Part shown: one piece after another, positions 35,328-46,085 of the stretch
Layout: every line of letters starts with the position of its first letter
Position numbering within the stretch: position 1 is the first letter of the stretch
Source of the DNA: Rozella allomycis CSF55
Lineage: Eukaryota
Direction: 5' to 3'
Assembly: GCA_000442015.1 (NCBI GenBank)
Contig: KE561079.1
Span: forward strand, 1-64,000
DNA length: 64,000 nucleotides
The notes under the pieces: model-generated
The model's input: the letters and a program-made list of their open reading frames with translations, nothing else
The model's database searches: none
What the model was told of the DNA's origin: nothing
Position numbers and translations under genes: made by a program

Positions 35328-36724
35328 ATGCAATCCATTAATGTTCAACAGCCATATCTGCCTTCCAATCAACCGTATTCAATCTTGTCAATATTCAGAT
35401 TAGCGTTGGTAAATCTTTCTTTCTGAATCTAAAGCGCAGAATATTTGCTTTGGAATGATTTTTTTCATAGGGGCTTTAGCATGCGTGATTACTGGTAGTA
35501 TTCTATTTTCTGTTTATAATTATCCTTCTAATGATTATTATACAAAGGCATCAAGTGTTCTTAATGTAAATATCTGCCTTCACAATAGACTAGTCGTGGA
35601 GTCAAAATGGCTTTAATACATTCAATAAGATCGACACAGTTAATATAACAGTTCGTGAATCAAATAATATGTATGGCCTTGTGAAAAATATGACGGTACT
35701 CGATGTGTACCAGATAGAGTAGGACTCAGAATTAGTTCACTGGCAAACAGGAAAGCAGTCAAACAAGGTCAGTGAACTAAAGTTCGACACAACTTTGCAA
35801 GAAAGTTTGCAAAGTAGCTTAAACTTGAGTTTATCAATCGTTCAAAATAACACCCAATCTGGGTTGCAATTAGGTATTTATTGAATTCAAATTACAGAAG
35901 ATGCTTTACCGTTACATTTAAGGGTTGACTCACATTCTTATGGTAGTTACGCTGACCCCGATTGCATTTTTTACAATGTTTCACAGCCATACGGTGCATG
36001 CTACTACGATTATTATTTGACTAATGTTTGTGTTAGAATCGTTAGCATTCCTGGCAAAAAATGGAAATTGTCTACAACTGATCCATTAGGTCAACCCGTC
36101 ACACGATATTCCAAGTCGTTTCAAGCGGAGCAAATTCCGTTTACTAAATACGGTTGCTACTACGACAGCGGGTCCTATATTAGCCCAAATTATCCCGGCT
36201 CAGCTGCAAAGTATTCGTTAAAGACGGATTCAAATATAACTGTGGAGGTGAGATTTGATACAGATCCTATTGCAGCAATTAGCTTTATAACATTTGGTTC
36301 AATGTGGATTTACGACTATTCAAGCTACAACTCCTATTCATCCACAGTAAGATTTGCCAAAATTCACTTCTAGGTTGGGGCAATTTTGTTGACTGTTGGC
36401 GTGATACTTTTCCTCCTTTCATTTTGCTGTTGCTGGAAAATTAAGAAACTAGCGGTTAGACAAAATGCGTCTGTTCACAACAATAAGCCTACGTTTGTGT
36501 ATCCTTCTCCGATGCCAAATCCCCAACTTGTGAATAATGGTCCATTTTATCCAACGGTACCAATTTATTCATATCCTCCTTATAATAATATGAATCCTCC
36601 ACAACCTATATTCTATTATCCCCAAAGCCAAACGCAACAAACACCGCCAGCGTACCCAGAGGTATATTCATGTCCAGAAAACACAAACAGTCAACCTCCG
36701 GCACAGATGGCGCGTAAGTACTAA
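35328..36724 (+). CDS. Hypothetical two-TM protein with large loop and Pro/Tyr-rich PPxY tail, about 6 exons
   Basis: A continuous frame can be built through small GT-AG introns: TM1 ICFGMIFFIGALACVITGSILF, loop with N-glycosylation sequons and Cys, TM2 before CCCWK, tail with YPPY and PPAY. Confidence 0.6.
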
Positions 36725-37035
36725 AATATATGGGAGATAAACGTAAATAAAGTATTCAAAAAAATGCAAAATGTTTCCATCCAGACTTGAACTGGAGGCC
36801 TTCTGCGTGTTAAGCAGATGTGATAACCAACTACACCATGGAAACTGCTGGCCCTCACGATTTGTAAAACACCAGATAAACGAAGTGTTGAACACCTTCC
36901 ATAAAAGGAAAGATATTTGTGGACATATTATTCTTGAGAAAAATGAGTTTCTTACTGTTTTTGGGAAATTTCTACATTGTTTTGATTTTTCTAGCAATTT
37001 CCAGAAGCATCTAATCTGATTGGTGATTTCAGCCA

Positions 37036-38205
37036 ATGAGAATCAGCCACCTCCCAACCCAGCAGCAACCGACAATGAACGCTGCATATTCGCCATCAGG
37101 AACAACAACGCTTTTGGGGCAATGGATATTAAAAAATCAAATACAATTAACAAGTGTAATCGGTGTAGGATCGTATGCAACCGTGTACGCTGGATATTCA
37201 CCACGCACCAATCAGTTCTTTGCAGTAAAGTGCCTAGAAAAGCAGAATCTTTCAGCTAAACAGCTTGAATTTCAAAAAGAAGAAATTAGGCTCCATGGAT
37301 TGGCTTCTGGACATCCTGGTGTTGTTCAATTGCTAGGAGTTGATGAAACAAGCATGCATGTANTAGGAGTTGATGAAACAAGCAAGCATGTATTTTTAAT
37401 TATGGAGTTTTGTCCTGGCAAAGATTTATTCGATTTGACTGTGGAGAGAAATGGATTTGATGATATCACGACCAAGAACATTATGAATCAACTGTTGGGC
37501 GCTGTTTCGCATTGTCATTCAAAGGGAATCGCACACAGAGATATCAAGCCAGAGAATTGTGTATTTAGCAATAAAATGAATGTAAAGCTTATTGATTTTG
37601 GACTTGCTACAAATGAAGCGCATTCTACTGAAAGAGGAGTTGGATCTATGCCATACATGGCGCCTGAGTTATTCCAAGAATGCAATCCTACAAACTCGAG
37701 AAGATTAAGATATGATACCAAAGCTGTAGATGTGTGGTCTCTTGGAGTTGTAACATTTTCAGTGAGATTTGCCAAGACTATATGGAATAAGCCTAGTGTT
37801 GAAGATCCGGCCTTTGCACAATTTCTGGAAGATCCAACATCATTGAAAAGAGCATTTAGACTTTCAGAACCTGCATATCAATTGGCACAGAGAGTTTTTC
37901 AACTTGATCCAAAGAAAAGATGTTCGCTGGACGAATTTCGTATTTTGCTTTCAAGAATAAGTGAATTTCAAGAGCCAATCAGTCAACCAAAGATAATTTC
38001 AAGAGGAAGATATTCAATTTCTGGCAGGTCCGTTGTATCTTCTGCTGAATCCACTTGGGATGATGACATGGATTTGAATCAACCAATTTTATTTGAAAAC
38101 CCACGAGGAAAAAGATGCCAACCAATATATTCACAAGGACAATTCTGCATTCCTGTAGAGTCACTCATTAATCCTTCCTTTGAGTCAGGAATGGACGTTA
38201 TTTAA
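37036..38205 (+). CDS. Ser/Thr protein kinase, Ran1/Pat1/Sks1 family
   Basis: IGVGSYATVY, FAVKCL, EIRLH..ASGHPGVV, HRDIKPEN, DFGLAT, GVGSMPYMAPE, DVWSLGV. Start may be ATG 37075. Confidence 0.85.
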   Translation: MRISHLPTQQQPTMNAAYSPSGTTTLLGQWILKNQIQLTSVIGVGSYATVYAGYSPRTNQFFAVKCLEKQNLSAKQLEFQKEEIRLHGLASGHPGVVQLLGVDETSMHVXGVDETSKHVFLIMEFCPGKDLFDLTVERNGFDDITTKNIMNQLLGAVSHCHSKGIAHRDIKPENCVFSNKMNVKLIDFGLATNEAHSTERGVGSMPYMAPELFQECNPTNSRRLRYDTKAVDVWSLGVVTFSVRFAKTIWNKPSVEDPAFAQFLEDPTSLKRAFRLSEPAYQLAQRVFQLDPKKRCSLDEFRILLSRISEFQEPISQPKIISRGRYSISGRSVVSSAESTWDDDMDLNQPILFENPRGKRCQPIYSQGQFCIPVESLINPSFESGMDVI

Positions 38206-38233
38206 ACTGCATATAAACCACACAATAAAACAT

Positions 38234-38308
38234 TTTGATTAATTTATTTAACAGTTTAACAAAAATGATGCATTTCTTATTTATGCATCGGCATCATCTT
38301 CTTGTACA
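38234..38308. repeat. Copy 1 of ~75-bp diverged direct repeat (3' end of SET-like ORF)
   Basis: Matches 39074-39147 with about 6 substitutions and 1 indel; no N nearby. Confidence 0.9.
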
Positions 38309-38898
38309 TAGAGTTCGCCTTCATAAGAAACTCGCAATTCTGTCATTTTGTCAAGCTGAACAATATTTCGAATTATACGTTGCTTTTTGTATGGTCCTTT
38401 TTCTTCTCTCCAGGTGCAATTGTTTAAAGGGGCTGAATTATGGTTTACAAATACGCCAGGTCCGTCAAACATGAAAAAGAGATCGCCTCGCTTTGGATGT
38501 TTTTTCACTACATGAGGGGGCAATGTTTTAAAAAGTGATGAATCAAATAGGTGCCTGGTCCATAACGGCATACAAATTTCGTTTTGTGCAACTTTTACCA
38601 ACGACACAACCCCCCAGCGACCTTGAATCTTAGTAAGGGTAACGACTCTGTTTGTCGACAAGAAGTAGTCATGAAATTTCCGAAGGTCTGTTTTCATTTT
38701 TTGCTGAATTCTGTTCTTGTAAAAAGACTTGACAACTGCTTCGTCGAAATCTTTCAACGTGCACTCTTTCAATACGTTTTGGCTGTCGTCATAAAGGCCC
38801 GCGACGTTAATTACGCGTAAAAAATATGCGAATACTGGAACCTTTAGCATACAACTACGCCCCTCTTTAAACTCGAAGTATGTCTTGAATATGTCCAT
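38281..38898 (-). CDS. SET-domain-like protein (possibly pseudogene or TE cargo)
   Basis: FDGPGVFVNHNSAPLNNC and ELRVSY resemble SET motifs GxxRFxNHSCxPN and ELxxxY; the frame continues upstream to 39073 through one TAG. Confidence 0.6.
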   Translation of the reverse strand: MDIFKTYFEFKEGRSCMLKVPVFAYFLRVINVAGLYDDSQNVLKECTLKDFDEAVVKSFYKNRIQQKMKTDLRKFHDYFLSTNRVVTLTKIQGRWGVVSLVKVAQNEICMPLWTRHLFDSSLFKTLPPHVVKKHPKRGDLFFMFDGPGVFVNHNSAPLNNCTWREEKGPYKKQRIIRNIVQLDKMTELRVSYEGELYVQEDDADA

Positions 38899-39073
38899 GT
38901 TTTGTGGCTTAGACAATTGGTATATTTTCTATTTTCTGTGGGTTTGTGGTTCACTTTTCTTGTGTCTTCTTGGGTATTCCAAATCCCCCTCTTTTAGTCT
39001 GTCAAAATTTCGTGACATGAAAAAGGCGTCCACAAATTTCAGGTGCATGTAGTGAGTTTTGGCAAACTCCCAA

Positions 39074-39147
39074 TTTGATTAATTATTTAACAGTTTAACA
39101 AAAATGATTTATTTTGTATTTAGGCATCGGCATCATCTTCTTGCACA
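39074..39147. repeat. Copy 2 of ~75-bp diverged direct repeat (3' end of ABCA gene)
   Basis: Encodes VQEDDADA* plus 3' UTR of the ABCA gene. Confidence 0.9.
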
Positions 39148-42100
39148 ATATTCAAAAACACTTCATCAAGACTTTTAAAGCAAGATTAATTATATTACCT
39201 TGTTTGAGATAATCCCCATTCTTGAATTCCCTGTTCCTTCTTTCTTAATTCAATGTGTTCAAACAGTCTAGATATCGTTCCCGGATCTGGTGTAAACTCA
39301 TACGACGCTGTCGTTGAATAAGAATCAACCTTTTTAAAGTTTTCTGGCAACAAAGATTCGATATATCAAAAATTTGATTTAACATTATATTACCTTGAAG
39401 CTTCTATAATATGCCTCTTTTTACAAGTAAATGTAAGCTTGAACCCTGCCCCATAGACATTCTTCAAAAGTATCTGAGGCTTAATTATAAATCAAGTTAA
39501 TTTATTACACCGATGCAACGCAGAGTCCCCTTTGCCATTATACCAATTCTGGAGCATAAAACATCCGCTTCTTCCATGCTATGAGTAGTTAAAATTATGG
39601 TTGTTCCTTTCTTTGCATTGTTAATGATGTTCCAAATAAATCGTCTCACCTCTGGGTCTAAGCCGGTCTAAAAATAGATTTAAACATTTCTTTACAGTTG
39701 GTTCATCAAGAAATACAACTTTGGGGTTATTCAGCATAGCAATGGCAATTGACAATCTTCTCTTTTCTCCGCCAGACAAACTTTTTGCCTTTCGCTTCTC
39801 AAATGATTGCAAAGCAACTTTTCGCATCGCATCTTGAACAACCTTCCTTTCTTCATTAATTTGAACTCCTTTTAAACGAGCATAAAATAACAAATGATCT
39901 TCAACTGTTAAATCTGGCCACAAAATGTCATATTGTGGACAAACGCCAATATTTTGAAATATTAAATCTGGATGCTCATTCAAATCAATCCCTGCAATGG
40001 TGGCGGTTCCAAAAGTTGGTTTATACAATCCTGTTAGCATTGAAATCAACGTAGTCTTTCCAGCACCATTTGGCCCTAATAGCCCAAAGCAACTCCCTTC
40101 ATCAATGGATAATGAAACACCACAAACTGCATTCTTTTTATTTCCAAAAATTTTGTGAATATCGTAAATAACTAGAGGGCAGCTTGGTTTAAATTTTTTG
40201 AGTTCCACCCTTCGTCGCTCATGAATGACATATTTATCACCTTCATTCTTTTCAATATTCGGCTTCTTTGAAGGTTTTTTGGATTTGAAAACAGAAATTA
40301 TACCTTCCACAGGAAAATACCAGGGTTTAGACACACCAAAATTGGAATCTAGAATCTGTGAAAAATAACTATGAAAAGAATACATTAATATTACACTGTT
40401 AAAATTAAAAATATTAATCCTTCAATAGCTAAAAACATTAGAATTATGGACACTTCGTTATCTAAGGTGAGGCTACTCATCTTGTAAGGACTAGCATCAG
40501 CTGTAAAGGACGCGATATTAATGACTGTTAAAGCTCTATAAAATGCTAAAGGCGGCCATATAAAGAATGCTAATGGCGCAGACTTGTCGAACAACATAGC
40601 TTATCTAATGAATATAATAACAATTACTTGCCGCCAAATTAACCACGACGCCGCATAATAAGACTAGAAAGGTTACAACGACTCCAGTGCGAGAATGATC
40701 AAAAAATAATGATAAGAAAAATGAAAGAGAAATCATTGCGAAATTCCACAACAGAAACAAGATAATATACACTCCTGGATCTGTTTGAATAAAAAATTCC
40801 ATTTGAAAAATAACGCCAACGATTATAAAAATTAGACTGGAAATTAATTGCAAAATATAAAAATGTATGAAATGTGTGGCGTAGTAGGGAAAACTCTTCA
40901 AGCCATTCATTTTCATCATTATTGCTATTTTATCCTCTTTTTCTTTCAAAAGAATAAAAACAAAAACCGGCAAAAGAAAAGATATTCCAAAGGGGTACAA
41001 AATACCTCCAATGAATGAATCCAACTTTAATGCTATTCTTGTGTTGGTTAAAGTGGGCATTGCCTTTGTTTTTTTTGAATTTTTAATTCTTACTCTTAAA
41101 CCTGCAACTATTCTAATGGAATTTGATCTCAAGGATCTGAATATCATATTGGAAACATAACTTTGCAAAATAATTCTTCTCAGTCCTTCACTCGGATAAA
41201 TATTCATTTGACTTATTCTTCTATCATTTCCAACTTGCATCAAATATTTAAATGATCTTTTCTGTGAATCCATTTCTTTAAATAGAACCCCTGCTCTAAA
41301 CTTTAGTAAATTTCAAACCTCCGTATGGCAATTGAAGTAAAGCTTGGTTTACTTTTAAGACAAACAAAATAACATCAATTGTGGCAGGATTAACTTGAAA
41401 TAAAATATCTTTAGGTATTTTGCTCAGTTGCTGCAAAGATGAAGCAATAGAATTCGCTATAGCCAAATTTAACGCATCGTCAGACCCTTCAACACGTTCA
41501 AAAAATGGGACAAATCGAAATTTTAAATCTAAAGCGCCATTTGATTTCGTTTCATTCGAAAAATATGCTTGGGTTGGTTGGGCACCTAGCAATCCTTTAA
41601 TTTATACAAACTTCAAGCTTTACCACTTTGTTCAAAATTAGTCGGTATCTGAAATATGTTATCCAAAGGAACAGCTGAAATTTGTGTTTTCGTTCCAATA
41701 TTTGCATCCCCTTTCATTCCATTTGTTGAATATACAAACCACATAAAAAATTGTTCTTGTAGCAAATTTTTAACATAATTTGGATTTTTTGTATTCCCAA
41801 ACCATCCTTTTGGCGGATCGGGCCGAAATGTACTATCCCTTGTAAACACTGTTGAATTGGCTTTTGGGTCAAGTGCATATGGATAGGAAAATGGATAATT
41901 GTCTCCAAACCAATACACACACCTCTTCTTTGTTCCAAATTCTATTTTTCTTCTAAAATTTTCATCAAAAGGAACTCCATTCCCAAAAGACATCCAATTC
42001 GCATGTCGAACTCTCTTTCTCAACGCATCATTACTGCTAACACTTGCACCTAGATCCTTGAGTGTATTTGTCAAAATATTCAATGCGCTTTGGGATATCG

Positions 42101-42704
42101 GAAGCGGGTTGTCTAATGATTGATATATTGGCGCTTCAGGTAAATTGTATTCAGAAAATTCAGGGAAAAAGTCAGGATCTGTCGCTGATACATTAGAGCA
42201 TTGCAATAAAACTTGATTATTCCATAAATTATCTAAAACTGAATTGATAATAAGGGCCATCAAAAATGAAATTATAATCATCAAGGCCGGGCATAAAAAT
42301 ATACAACACACATTCACAAACATTTGATTTTTTTGATATGAAAGAGTTTTGCGAAACTATTTTTTTGCTTTTTAGATTTGTACCAGTGCCCTATAAGGAT
42401 ATGTTGCTTTTTTCCTCACAAAAGTGTCATCAGTGTACTCTTCTGCATCAAAATCGTTGGTATTATTGTCTGCAGCAGTGGTCCAAAAACTCTCGGGAGT
42501 CGCACTGTTCCTTAGTTCAAAACCATTATAGTCTGCAACAGCTTCTGTCGGTGTGCTAGCCAATTTTCCAAAATCAATGGTCATCGAATCGCTGCGTTGC
42601 ATTTCGGTTCTGTGACGGACCCTTGGAGGTGTATTTGCAATAGGTGGTGGCGGGTTGTCCATATTTGATCTCTTCTTTTTATATGAACTAAATTTGTTTG
42701 GCAT
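39120..42704 (-). CDS. Half-size ABCA-subfamily transporter (TMD-NBD), multi-exon
   Basis: [74 protein letters not shown] and [13 protein letters not shown] motifs. Confidence 0.92.
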
Positions 42705-42780
42705 AAGGTAAAGTTATAGAATTTCTTGATTATCAAAAATCGCTTTATTTATGTTTACTTGTATTGGATTATAGCGGTTC

Positions 42781-43448
42781 CTAATCATCTTCGAATGAAA
42801 TTCCTTTGGATTTTGTTCTACGTCATTATTTTAAGCTAATATTACTTTTTAATCATCGGATTGATAAGACTTGATCCTTTTGGCTTCTTCACAACCTTTT
42901 TGGCTTGATTTTGCGCTTAACAAACGGAAGCAATAGCATTACTGGCTAATATTGAAGGAGTGGGAGCATTGGATATTAAAGATCTTTGCATTTGACCGAT
43001 AGTGTTTTTTAACTTTTCGTTTTCATTCTTTCAACAGCAATTTTATATGGTTACTTTAATCTCTTCCATCTTTTCATTCATTTGGATTGTGGGGACAATC
43101 TTGTGTATATGAAACTAATTGATTACAAAGTTAAACCAAGTAAATATTTCATTCTTCGAAGCATGCTTGTCAAGTCCAATTTTGTAGCAAGTATTCTGAT
43201 CCCGTTGGAACAGTACATATCTCCCATCCTTTACTGCCACTTGACCTGATTTTAAAAGATCGGGTAATTCCTTTTTTAATAAAAAGATCAATTTACCTTT
43301 TTGGCATTCTCTTCTACTATTCGTCCTTCTAGTATTTGATCACCGCCAAAAACCCTATTTATTTTAAGACATCATAATACTGCACAAGATCATTTTTCAG
43401 ACATATCACGTATTGATTGTCTCCATCAGATACTGTTTGAAAAATCAT
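42781..43448 (-). CDS. PAXX: PAXX-like (XRCC4/XLF paralog) NHEJ factor, 7 exons, 168 aa; absent from ORF track
   Basis: Six 26-28 nt GT-AG introns give an intact frame ending KKPKGSSLINPMIKKTKSKGISFEDD*, matching the PAXX C-terminal Ku-binding motif; beta-rich head plus coiled coil. Confidence 0.7.
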
Positions 43449-43507
43449 TATGCAAAATTCCAAGTTTATTTTCACAATGCGGGTGGCTTGGAAACCTAAA
43501 CCTCGTC

Positions 43508-45474
43508 ATGAATTATATTTTGGGGCCGCCATCCTCTAAAAGAAGAAGGGCGGAAGTTCTTTTATTTGCCATTTCCGCGTATGCATTAGTCTAATTGATG
43601 ACATAGAATAGTAATAGTTAAACGATACCAGTTGAATCAATTAAGATCTCCCAGATGGTTGGTATTATTAAATGACTACTTGAGTAATTGAGTAAATTTA
43701 ATAAAATTAACTAGAAAAATTTGCTCCGTGGCAAATTATATTGATAACGCTTGTTGCGCATTACGTAAGTCGGAACTTATTTTTATTGCTTTTTCTTGAA
43801 GGTAAATTAATGGCTACATATTTTTAAAAGGGCCTGATAGAAACACGGTTAAAGTAATATAATGAATTGCTTTTAATAGTATTCATCAAATTTCTACCGT
43901 GCCGCGCAAATATTGAAAACCTTGGATGCTGGATTCTTGACGTCGATGGCTTTTAAATACGAACCTTTGAAATCATTTATGTCTGTGTTACTCTCTGCAT
44001 ATTTTGCATTTTTTCCTGATCAAGCTGAAGCTGTTACTAAAAAGTACAGGGTTACTCCCACTGTTGAAGTTATGAGGATTTCATGGGAAAAGTCAACACA
44101 TCCACTAATCAAATTGCTGGCCCGATTGCATACTCCAAATATTAAGGTCATAAAGGAATTTGAGCTACCGAGGTATTGTGAGGGCCACACAGCCTGTACT
44201 GTTCCTTCCGCTAGAACATTGACGGTGAAAGCCATCTTATATTACGATGGAAACTTGGAAGAACTTAAGCTTGAGAAAAGATTGTTGCTTCATATCCCTG
44301 GAGGTGGGTTCGTTTGTATGTCTCCAAAACATCATCATGATTACATTTGCATATTAGCTAAGAGGCTAAAGGTTCCCATTCTTAGCGTCGATTATAAAAA
44401 AGCGCCTGAATACCCATATCCACATGCTTTGAATGAAATATTTGACATCTATGCTGTGTTGGCTATTACCAAAGGTGGATTATTGGGAATGAACATGGAT
44501 CAAGAAGAGTTAATAATAGCGATGATGGGAGACTCCGCGTAAGTCAAATGAGAACTTTTAAAATTAGAGGTGCAAATTTAATGACTGGGTCAGTATTAAA
44601 AGCGCTTCACACTGATTATTTGACAACCCCTCATGCCATGGTTATGATTTATCCATTTCTAAATTATGATATTCAAGGATGGCTTCATAATGAATATAAA
44701 CATCTTCTCGGAAAGAAAACTGCGCTTAAAAGGCGCCTGAGTAGAATTCCAGAAAAACCCCCTCCTCAATTGATATCATTGACCGTTCCATCCGATTTGG
44801 ATATCGGAAATCCTAAAGGTTATCAAGTGGCAACACTTGACATTGAGGGAACATCTTTAGTCCAGCCAACCCCAGGTGTTTTACCCGTACCAAGGGAAAG
44901 ACTAAGCTCTAGAATGAAATATTTAGATGATGTTATCATAACACCTGAATTTCTTATTGAAATGGCCCATATGTACCTTGGTGAAAAGGTAAATGATGTA
45001 AATCCTGCAAAGGATATTTACATTTCCCCTATAATGGCGAATGATGATCTTTTAAGATTATTTCCTCCTGTATACATTCAAGTAGGGGATAAAGATCCTT
45101 TCTTTGACGATTCTGTTATCCTAGCAGCTCGAATGAAACATTTATTTTCTGATGATGACTCTTTTGTTCAATTGAAAATTTACCCGGGCGTTTCCCATGC
45201 ATATCTTCAAATGCTTTCTATCCTTCCCGAAGCAAAAGAAGCTGTTTCCAATATTGGAACTTACTTGGAAAATGTGTTTAAACAAGATTACAATTATCGC
45301 CCCAAAAGACCCGGCTTGTATAAAACTTTTCGTCGTTTCAAAGAACAACATTCAACTTCAACTATATTTGATAGCAATGAATTTACATATCATGAAACAG
45401 TGGAGGAATTCAGTGATAACAAACATCGAATAAAAAGTGAAGCAGACCTGATAAAAAGAAAATACACGATTTGA
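43508..45474 (+). CDS. Hormone-sensitive lipase-like alpha/beta hydrolase, multi-exon
   Basis: HIPGGGF, VDYKKAPEYPYP, GDSA/GANL split by an intron, DPFFDD, GVSHAYL. Confidence 0.88.
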
Positions 45475-45526
45475 ATAAAAATTTGAATGCAATATTAGTT
45501 ACAAAATATATGATAATTTATGAGTT

Positions 45527-45985
45527 TTATCTGGACATGGCCAGTTTTTGTGACAGAAATTCTTTTTGAGATAAAAGTATTTGCTTTTCCTTTTCAAGAA
45601 CTAAAATATGTTGTGACGCCGAGGTTAATATTTCCCATTTGCTTGCTCTGGTATGCATTTGTAGCGAAGGGGTAGACATGCGAAGTTCATCAAACAAGTC
45701 TTTCAATTCTTTTCTTCTTCGTCTTTCTGCGAGTTTATGTGATTCTTTAGACTCTAGTTTATTACTAACTACATTTGTGCTGGCTTCCGAATTATTTATG
45801 CTTGGTAAAATATATGGTACAGTAAGTCGAATCGCCGGCAGTGACATTCTGCGGCTCAAGTCATCTCCAGGCGGAACTTGCAGAGAATTATGCAAGGAAT
45901 ATTCTCGTGGCAGGCGATGATAAGGAGGATACGCAAGAGAAGGTGTGATTTCGTTCGCTTTTAAACCATCTATATTCGGTTGCAT
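45527..45985 (-). CDS. bHLH(-ZIP) transcription factor
   Basis: SHKLAERRRRKELKDLFDELR...ASKWEILTSASQHI..LE. Confidence 0.9.
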   Translation of the reverse strand: MQPNIDGLKANEITPSLAYPPYHRLPREYSLHNSLQVPPGDDLSRRMSLPAIRLTVPYILPSINNSEASTNVVSNKLESKESHKLAERRRRKELKDLFDELRMSTPSLQMHTRASKWEILTSASQHILVLEKEKQILLSQKEFLSQKLAMSR

Positions 45986-46085
45986 GTTTCAGTGGCTTTG
46001 ATCTTTTAGAATTTTAGTGATTCATCATTTTACGGCCTATTTATAAAATGATTACTTTTCAGAATTAAATTTATAAAAATTCTCA

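Noticed and set aside
35655-35890. RNase P/MRP-like structured RNA (hairpins TTAGTTCACTG/CAGTGAACTAA and ACTTTGCAA/TTGCAAAGT, CR-V-like ACCCAATCTGGGTTG)
   Set aside because: The stretch is an open exon bounded by canonical small introns and in frame with the 35328-36724 gene, and the CR-I match is poor. An Infernal search with Rfam RNase P/MRP models would settle it.
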